Assembly: GCA_949298065.1 (NCBI GenBank) | Contig: CASFUZ010000014.1 | Location: 5,395-69,394 of the forward strand | From: an uncultured Pseudomonadota bacterium | GTDB taxonomy: Bacteria; Pseudomonadota; Alphaproteobacteria; RF32; CAG-239 | Direction: 5' to 3' | DNA length: 64,000 bases | Shown: one piece after another, positions 57,618-64,000 of the stretch | How the letters are laid out: each line of letters opens with the position of its first letter | How positions within the stretch are numbered: position 1 is the stretch's first letter | Notes under the pieces: generated by a model | Databases searched by the model: none | What the model saw: only the letters and a program-made list of their open reading frames with translations | Told to the model about the DNA's origin: nothing | Translations under genes and position numbers: made by a program

Positions 57618-58857
57618 AGCGCAAAGCCTCCACCGGATCAAATTTTGCGGCCCGATAAGCCGGATAAATCGTTGCCATAAACGAGAGCAACAAAGAGATA
57701 ATTACCACAACGGCAACTTCCGTATAATCAATCTCGGCCGGTAGCTGCGACAAGAAATAAATCTCCGCCGAAAACAAATCCCGCCCGACAATATCTTGCA
57801 AAAACTGTCTGATAGCCTCAATATTTCGGCAGAATAACACGCCTAAGGCTAAACCGATAGATGTTCCAACCACTCCGATAAAAGCGCCGTCCATAAAGAA
57901 GATTCGCATAATCATCCCCTTGGTCGCCCCCATCGTCCGCAACACGGCAATATCACGCCCTTTATCTTTCACCAACATAATCAAACCGGTAATGATGTTA
58001 AATGCCGCCACCAATATAATTAAGGTCAAGATCACAAACATAACATTACGCTCAACTGCAATGGCATTAAAGAAAGCGGCGTTTGTCTGCTTCCAGTCGT
58101 AAACATATGCCCCCGCACCAACGCTTTCCTCAATTGCTTTGCGCATTTCACGAAGATAGTTATCATTATCCAATGTTACATCAATATTGCTGACCGCGCC
58201 TTTCAAACCAAAATAAACTTGCGCCGATTCCAAAGGCATAAAAATAAAGTTTGAGTCATATTCATACATTCCGACCTCAAACGTGCCGATAATTTTATAG
58301 GACTTCATCCGAGGCACCGTTCCGAAAGCCGTAACTTTCCCGTTTGGCGAAATCAGCGTAATCTCATCACCGGGGATAAGTCCCATTTTCTGAGCAAGCC
58401 TATTACCAATAACCACATTGTTTCCGGCAAAATCATCAATATTTACGCGCTGCAAGCTGTTTTTCAAAATCTCTTTTTTCAGCAAATCATCTTTACTGAT
58501 ACCGCGCACCATCGCGCCTTCGGCCACAGAGCCGGAAGAAACCAAAAGCTGCCTTTCAATCATCGGAATAACCGTCTGCACATGCTCAAAATCGCTGATT
58601 TCCTTAACCGCCTCAGCATAGTTATTAAACGGCACACCGGCCACCGCCATAATTCCGATATGTCCGTTAATTCCCAGAATTCTGGACAACAACTCATGCC
58701 TAAAACCGTTCATCACCGACATAACGATAATCAAGGTTGCCACACCCAAAGCGATTCCCGTAAAAGCAAAACCGGTAATAACCGAAATAAAACCTTCGCG
58801 GCGTTTGGCTTTTAAGTAGCGTCTGGCCACCAATCTCTCAAACTTTGAAAAGAACAT
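57610..58857 (-). CDS. lolE: lipoprotein-releasing system permease LolC/LolE
   Basis: FtsX/MacB-like permease with large periplasmic loop, 415 aa, overlaps lolD start. Confidence 0.85.
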   Translation of the reverse strand: MFFSKFERLVARRYLKAKRREGFISVITGFAFTGIALGVATLIIVMSVMNGFRHELLSRILGINGHIGIMAVAGVPFNNYAEAVKEISDFEHVQTVIPMIERQLLVSSGSVAEGAMVRGISKDDLLKKEILKNSLQRVNIDDFAGNNVVIGNRLAQKMGLIPGDEITLISPNGKVTAFGTVPRMKSYKIIGTFEVGMYEYDSNFIFMPLESAQVYFGLKGAVSNIDVTLDNDNYLREMRKAIEESVGAGAYVYDWKQTNAAFFNAIAVERNVMFVILTLIILVAAFNIITGLIMLVKDKGRDIAVLRTMGATKGMIMRIFFMDGAFIGVVGTSIGLALGVLFCRNIEAIRQFLQDIVGRDLFSAEIYFLSQLPAEIDYTEVAVVVIISLLLSFMATIYPAYRAAKFDPVEALRYE

Positions 58858-58939
58858 CTGCGACTTCTCCTTATTTACCTTAAAGTTATACGGATTAAAG
58901 CCCTATTTTGCAACCACTCCTCAACTTCAATGTGCATAA

Positions 58940-58973
58940 AAAAAACTCCGGCAAATAACCGGAGATTTTTTTC
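58940..58973. terminator. bidirectional intrinsic terminator
   Basis: ctccgg-caaataa-ccggag hairpin flanked by A7 and T7. Confidence 0.7.
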
Positions 58974-58991
58974 AATTACTTATCGGTCCTT

Positions 58992-59660
58992 TCAACAGGC
59001 AATCCTCTTGGTCATCAGACCTTCAGAGATTTGCAAATTGGTCATAATCATGGAATCAAGAGCTTTTTGGTTAATATTATCAACATTTTTACCAATTTCC
59101 AAAGTTTTGCTTGAAACATAATCAGCCAACTTAATCAAATTGCTTTTTGTCTCGGGCGGCAACGGATTATCATGCTTAGAAGCCAAGGTTTTAATATAAA
59201 CCCACAACTGCATATTATTATCCAAAGCGCTGACCAACTCTTTGGCATCCCCGTTTTCGCGAGCCATAGACAAGTCAATTGCGCATTTTAAGAGAGAAAA
59301 GGCTTCTTCCGTAGCCAAATTATTTTTAACCGCCTCAATCAAGCCTTCAGAAATCTGCATATTAATATTAATCAAGCAGTCAAAGTCAGACTTGGTCATT
59401 TTAGAACCTTTAGAAAGTGTCATACGCTCCACAAAACGAGACAACTTAATCAGATTCGCCTTAATATCTTCGGGAAGCAAATTCTTTGCACTTTTAAGTG
59501 ATGTTTCTATTTCCACCCAAAGTTTCAAATTGCTGTCTAATACAGAAACAATTTCCAGTTCATCATTGCTGGTAGAGGCTTTAGCCAAGGCCATAGCATG
59601 GTTCAGCAATATAATTGCTTCGTTTTCAGCATTTTTAACTTGGTCAATTTTATTGTTCAT
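58992..59660 (-). CDS. flaF: tandem-duplicated FlaF-like flagellin-synthesis regulator (two about 100-aa repeats in one 222-aa protein)
   Basis: Two internal repeats each with ...LD.N..LWV.I.T.......LP...K.NLIKL...V.......N...ISEGL. This resembles the alphaproteobacterial FlaF family. Adjacent to flgH-flgA-flgG-flgF. Confidence 0.5.
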   Translation of the reverse strand: MNNKIDQVKNAENEAIILLNHAMALAKASTSNDELEIVSVLDSNLKLWVEIETSLKSAKNLLPEDIKANLIKLSRFVERMTLSKGSKMTKSDFDCLININMQISEGLIEAVKNNLATEEAFSLLKCAIDLSMARENGDAKELVSALDNNMQLWVYIKTLASKHDNPLPPETKSNLIKLADYVSSKTLEIGKNVDNINQKALDSMIMTNLQISEGLMTKRIAC

Positions 59661-59907
59661 TTCCGCTTCCTTAAAAAAACTAATATGGTTATCACAAAAA
59701 TTTATAATCTATCAGATTATCTTTTTAAACAGTTAATTTTACTTAATACCCTGAAAAAAAGTCTGCCTCATAATAGGGGAAAAAAGACAGACTTTAATTT
59801 CAGGAAAATACAGAGCTTGGGGAAACTCTGCACCTAAAGAAAAAATTGGGGAGATTTTTTCTTTAAAAGCGTCAACATAATAATAGGGGAACTTATCAAT
59901 AATTTTA

Positions 59908-60666
59908 TTAGAACGGAGCCACAATATCCAACAGCTGACGACCATATCTTGGTTGCTGCATATCAGAGATTGTACCCTGCCCGCCGTAAGAAACTCTAAG
60001 CTCGGCAATCTTTTTGGATTCAATAGAGTTGTCGGAAGAAATATCTGCTCGTCTGATAATACCTCTGACTGTTAACTGGCGCAGTTCATAGTTAACTCTG
60101 ATTTCCTGTGTACCCTCAATCACCAAATTTCCGTTTGGCAAAACCTGCGTAACTACGGCAGCCATTGTTACATCAATTTCTTCACTACGGTCAATTTTAC
60201 CTTCACCTGAAACATCGTGGTCAGACTGCACATCAACTAAATTTGACGGGATAGCTGCATCCGGCAAATAATCCGTCGCATAGCTTTCATAACCAAACAA
60301 GCGGCTTACACCGAGTGTATCAGAGTTATTATCACGTGTTTGCTCTGTTTCATTTTCAAGTTTTGCCGCATCTGAAGCCGAAATTTTAACCGTCAAAATA
60401 TCGCCCACCTTAGATGCTCTCTGGTCTTTAAAGAAACCGGAGGAGCCAGCGCGCCATAAAGAATTCGCTCCGGCATAATGTTGTGGCTGTTCCGGCATCG
60501 GCATAGAAACAGGCTTATAATCAGGAGCTTCTACGGGATTCTCAATCGGTGTCAACGGTGGTTCCGCACCGATATTTTTAATTCTTGTCCAAGCATTACA
60601 ACCGCTCAAAGTTGTCGCCATAAGCAACACGGCTGTCAATTTTGCAAAATTTTGAGTATCTTTCAT
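59908..60666 (-). CDS. flgH: flagellar L-ring lipoprotein FlgH
   Basis: Lipobox LSGC; FlgH core (LLDIVAPF-type C-terminus). Confidence 0.9.
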   Translation of the reverse strand: MKDTQNFAKLTAVLLMATTLSGCNAWTRIKNIGAEPPLTPIENPVEAPDYKPVSMPMPEQPQHYAGANSLWRAGSSGFFKDQRASKVGDILTVKISASDAAKLENETEQTRDNNSDTLGVSRLFGYESYATDYLPDAAIPSNLVDVQSDHDVSGEGKIDRSEEIDVTMAAVVTQVLPNGNLVIEGTQEIRVNYELRQLTVRGIIRRADISSDNSIESKKIAELRVSYGGQGTISDMQQPRYGRQLLDIVAPF

Positions 60667-60681
60667 TGCAATAGTCCCCTT

Positions 60682-61404
60682 CTATTGTACTTCCGCACTA
60701 ACGGTATCTTTATCCAAGACCTCGCCAAACAAAGTCTTTTTGCTTTTAGGATTCAACAGTTCAATTTTGTCGCCTTCCCCGCCATCGTTCAAAGCCTCAA
60801 CTTTTGCCGTAATCTGCATCTTATCGGTTTTGTAAACGACAGTAACTGTATCACCTTTTTTAATGAGCATTTGTTTGCCGACATCTCTGTCAGAAGCAAT
60901 TTTGCCTTCTTTTAAGAGCTTTTTAGCTTCCAATCCGACCAATTTGTCTTTATCTGTAACAAAGCTAGGTTTAATCCGGTTTGCACGCACCTGAATCTGC
61001 CGCAACATTTCTGGCTTAATCAGCTCACCTTTCTGGACATTACGAGCCGGCACCCAAATTTCGCTCAACAAAAAATACCTGCCGGAAATATCCGTCTTGG
61101 CAAAAGATTTACCATCGGCAAAAATTTCCGCATTACAAGAGAACTTGTTTTGCAACTCATCAAATGTTAAACCAGAGACCAAAATTTTAGCTTTTTGAGC
61201 ATTTTGGATATGAAAGACGGTTTGCCCACCAAAAAGTTCCAAATCCACATTCTGATTCTGCCCCTGTTCAACGAACTCTTGTTCAATTGCCTGCCTGATT
61301 TCATCTTCCCCCACAATCAGCAGATTCTCTGCTTTTGCCATACTAACCTGGCTTAACATCAAAACTGCGGCTAAAAAGAATTTCATCATCATTACTCCCG
61401 GCAT
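60682..61404 (-). CDS. flgA: flagellar P-ring assembly chaperone FlgA (start uncertain, probably MKFF at about 61386)
   Basis: Signal peptide, SAF/FlgA C-domain (GDTVTVVYKTDKMQITAKVEALNDGGEGDKIELLN). Confidence 0.75.
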   Translation of the reverse strand: MPGVMMMKFFLAAVLMLSQVSMAKAENLLIVGEDEIRQAIEQEFVEQGQNQNVDLELFGGQTVFHIQNAQKAKILVSGLTFDELQNKFSCNAEIFADGKSFAKTDISGRYFLLSEIWVPARNVQKGELIKPEMLRQIQVRANRIKPSFVTDKDKLVGLEAKKLLKEGKIASDRDVGKQMLIKKGDTVTVVYKTDKMQITAKVEALNDGGEGDKIELLNPKSKKTLFGEVLDKDTVSAEVQ

Positions 61405-61411
61405 CCGGCCA

Positions 61412-62200
61412 TTATCTCAACGATGTAATCGTGCTCAACATTTGGTCAGAGGTCTGAATAATTTTTGAGTTCATCTCATACGCACGTTGCGCAGAAACCA
61501 ACTCGGTTATCTCGGCCACCGGATTAACATTAGATGTCTCAAGGTAGCCTTGCAGCACCGAACCAAAAGATTCGGTATCCGGATTATCAACAATCGGCGC
61601 GCCGGATGCTTGAGTTTCCAAGAAGAGGTTTTGCCCCATAGCTTCCAAACCGGCCTCGTTCGGAAAGGTAGCCAACTCAAGCTGTCCGACATTAACTTCA
61701 TCGGTTTCGCCGTCTTGCTTAATCCAAACTTCACCTGAATTATTGACATAAATTTCAACGGCATCATCAGGAATGGTAATTTCCGGCTGAACCACATAAC
61801 CGTCATGCGTAACAATCACACCATCACCGTTGCGCTGAAAAGCACCGTCTCTGGTATAAGCCGTACCTTTGCCTTCCGGCAGTTCAATCTGAAAATAACC
61901 ACGTCCGCGAATAGCCAAATCCAAAGAATTATTTGTATTTGTTAAGCTTGTTCCGTCCGTAATACGATAAACCGCAGCTGTTCTGACACCAAGACCAAGC
62001 TGAATACCGGACGGTACGATTGTATCAGATGCCGTAGAAGCAGCACCCGGACGAATAATATTTTGATATAAGAGGTCATTAAACTCGGCTCTTCTTTTGG
62101 TATAAGCCGTTGTATTCATATTGGCGATATTGTTGGAAATAACATCTACGTTTGTTTGCTGTGCCAACATTCCCGTTGCGCCGATTGCTAAAGATCTCAT
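61412..62200 (-). CDS. flgG: flagellar basal-body rod protein FlgG
   Basis: N-terminal rod motif ISNNIANMNTTAY, C-terminal SNVNPVAEITELVSAQRAYEMNSKII. Confidence 0.9.
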   Translation of the reverse strand: MRSLAIGATGMLAQQTNVDVISNNIANMNTTAYTKRRAEFNDLLYQNIIRPGAASTASDTIVPSGIQLGLGVRTAAVYRITDGTSLTNTNNSLDLAIRGRGYFQIELPEGKGTAYTRDGAFQRNGDGVIVTHDGYVVQPEITIPDDAVEIYVNNSGEVWIKQDGETDEVNVGQLELATFPNEAGLEAMGQNLFLETQASGAPIVDNPDTESFGSVLQGYLETSNVNPVAEITELVSAQRAYEMNSKIIQTSDQMLSTITSLR

Positions 62201-62217
62201 TTTCTTTTCCCCTTACA

Positions 62218-62958
62218 TTAAGCTAATTGTGAATAAGTGCTGATTGTGTTTGAAAGCCGCTCATGTTCTTCATCAATCATAGACTGAACCATCTCATAAG
62301 AACGTTGCAGTTTAATCATCTTGGTCATTTCTACAATCGGATCAACATTAGACTTTTCAACCGCCCCCTGAATAACTTTCACATTATCCGCCGGTTGCAT
62401 CATATTGCCGTTTGTGTTTTCAAACATCGTATCAGCCACTTTTAAGAGTTTCTGATTATTTTCAAACGAAACCGTTTTAATGGTTCCGATAACACCATTT
62501 TCCGTATAAACATCGCCACTTTCTGTAATAGAAATTTCTGTTTCACCCGGAGCAATAAAGAAAGGCTCATTATTCTCCGACATCACGGCATAACCTTCAC
62601 TTGTTACCAACATACCATTGGCATCCAACTGAAACTGACCTTTTCTTGTATATCTTTCCCCTTCAGGTGTTTCTACAGCGAAGAAAGCATCGCCTTGCAA
62701 AGCCAAATCAAAAGTATTTCCGGTATGTTGAATTACACCTTCTCTGAAATCCTTATACATTCCGAAATCTTGCGTAAAATAAACCGGAACTTTGCCAAAA
62801 CCCTCGGCATTTTTGGTCTGTGTGAGATAAGAGGCAAAAATTGCATCATCTTGCTTGAAACCGGATGTATTCATATTAGCCATATTGTTGGAAACAATGT
62901 CCATCTGTTTCCACAAGGCCATCTGGCGCGATAAGGCAATGTATTTTGTATTATCCAT
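62218..62958 (-). CDS. flgF: flagellar basal-body rod protein FlgF
   Basis: VSNNMANMNTSGFK N-terminus, rod C-terminal domain. Confidence 0.85.
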   Translation of the reverse strand: MDNTKYIALSRQMALWKQMDIVSNNMANMNTSGFKQDDAIFASYLTQTKNAEGFGKVPVYFTQDFGMYKDFREGVIQHTGNTFDLALQGDAFFAVETPEGERYTRKGQFQLDANGMLVTSEGYAVMSENNEPFFIAPGETEISITESGDVYTENGVIGTIKTVSFENNQKLLKVADTMFENTNGNMMQPADNVKVIQGAVEKSNVDPIVEMTKMIKLQRSYEMVQSMIDEEHERLSNTISTYSQLA

Positions 62959-63224
62959 TATATTCTCCCCAATAACATTTGGATAATTTTTACGGTTGCC
63001 TATTCTTATGCAACTACCGTGCCATTTTTTGTTTTTGTAAAATAAAAAAGCTAAAATTCATTACAGATTGACTTTTTTTGCAAACTACGTTACTATAAAA
63101 AGTGATGGGTGTGATATGATGTGTGTGATTAGCAATTCTTCGCGCAATTTTTGCTGTATGAATAATGCTATGTGTCTAAGCACACCTAACCTTTTATAGG
63201 TTTTTCCTATATTTAAGTTGTGGG

Positions 63225-64000
63225 GTGTGTGTGATGTCTGATAAATATCTTTTTTCCATTTCATTATATTTAAGTACAAGTCTTCTTGGGGCTAACTTAG
63301 CTCAGGCCCAAGATTTTAATCAATCCAACAATTTCATATCCAACGTAGATTTTGGTATATCAGATATAGGCAAATTATCAAGCGCTCAGCTTTTTCCCGA
63401 AATTAACACAAAGGAAGCATATAAAACAGCTGCAGTCTGCTTTTTAGGGGAAGGAAATTGCGCCGGCATTTCATTTGGCAAAGGGGATGACACTTACGAA
63501 ATTGACACAATCCAACAATGTCAAAACGAAGGCTACATAACCACTTCCTGTACAAAACCATCTTATCCTTTTAATTCATGTCCCTATAACAACGAATATT
63601 ACAAAGGTTGTAAGGAAGACACGGACAAAGCCTGCAAAGAAAGCGGTTATGTTAACTCTTGCGGTGAAGGCTATGTTAAAGATGAGGGACAAATATGTCC
63701 TTATGACAGTTCTTATTATAAATGCAAATGCAACCCTTGTGACGGATATACTTACAGCTATGCCGAAGCCACGGCTGATGGTTATGTTGAGGACGGTAGC
63801 TGCAACAGTTGCGGCACAATGAAATACAGACGCAAAATGCGGCGGCGAGATTGGAACACCGACTTGTAAAAGCGGTAGTGTAATCAAATATCAAACTTGT
63901 AAAAGTTGTTGTGAGAACAGATGTACGGAAGCCACTTGCCCCGATGGTTATATTTGCGAGAAAGAAGCTTGTTCCAACAAATATTGCATAACCGGATGTG
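63225..64000 (+). pseudogene. secreted cysteine-rich repeat protein, apparently frameshifted near the A4 tract (about 63835) and continuing in the +1 frame to the window edge
   Basis: Signal peptide. Frame A ends ...CNSCGTMKYRRKMRRRDWNTDL*. The +1 frame continues CGGEIGTPTCKSGSVIKYQTCKSCCENRCTEATCPDGYICEKEACSNKYCITGC with the same C..GY.C spacing as upstream. Confidence 0.5.

Noticed and set aside
59661-59907. cataataggggaa repeated motif and a 7-bp-stem hairpin upstream of the flaF-like gene, considered as a flagellar promoter/operator
   Set aside because: Only two loosely similar copies, and I could not match them to sigma-28 or sigma-54 consensus. Too weak to call.
1-64000. Many antisense/overlapping ORFs of 60-170 aa listed in the six-frame track inside larger genes (e.g. 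2065-2592, 7366-7836, 18426-18917, 26455-27093, 41416-41984, 48568-49287)
   Set aside because: They are embedded in, or antisense to, well-supported genes, lack RBSs, and have biased low-complexity composition typical of spurious frames in AT-rich DNA.

Overview
AT-rich bacterial chromosomal segment, probably alphaproteobacterial. The lineage call rests on a FlaF-like flagellin regulator, the flgF-flgG-flgA-flgH rod/ring cluster, and Asn/Tyr-rich low-complexity inserts; it is not certain. Housekeeping content: accC 3' end, mlaA-mlaC, a MoxR/DUF58/TPR (Bat-like) operon, uvrD, tRNA-Met(CAT), ROK kinase, motAB, terC, nagAB, slt, a family-4 UDG, pheST-rplT-rpmI and lolCDE. The centre of the window (about 18.0-42.5 kb) is a surface-polysaccharide locus: rfbB, rfbD, rfbC, rfbA, galE, ugd, a DegT-class aminotransferase elsewhere, an epimerase fusion, and two paralogous MBOAT + AlgJ/AlgX-like O-acyltransferase pairs. 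Inside that locus sits a markedly lower-GC insert (about 25.3-29.4 kb). It carries a translationally coupled three-gene operon: a minimal SNF2-family helicase core with degenerate ATPase motifs, a PAPS-reductase/DUF3440 (IbrA-like) protein and a ParB/Srx-like (IbrB-like) protein. A divergently transcribed HD-domain hydrolase lies next to it, and the shared promoter region contains a perfect tandem 16-bp repeat. I consider this the best candidate for an undescribed DNA-modification or defence module. Other notable items are listed in the findings and features: an orphan T7-like tail-fibre module with no other phage genes nearby; a small repeat-element family with two copies; a duplicated tRNA-Met 3'-end plus terminator that resembles an att site; a tandem-duplicated FlaF-like protein; an intergenic repeat array that supplies the rfbB stop codon; and a Cys-rich secreted protein with an apparent frameshift at the window edge. 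No integrase, transposase or CRISPR array is visible.
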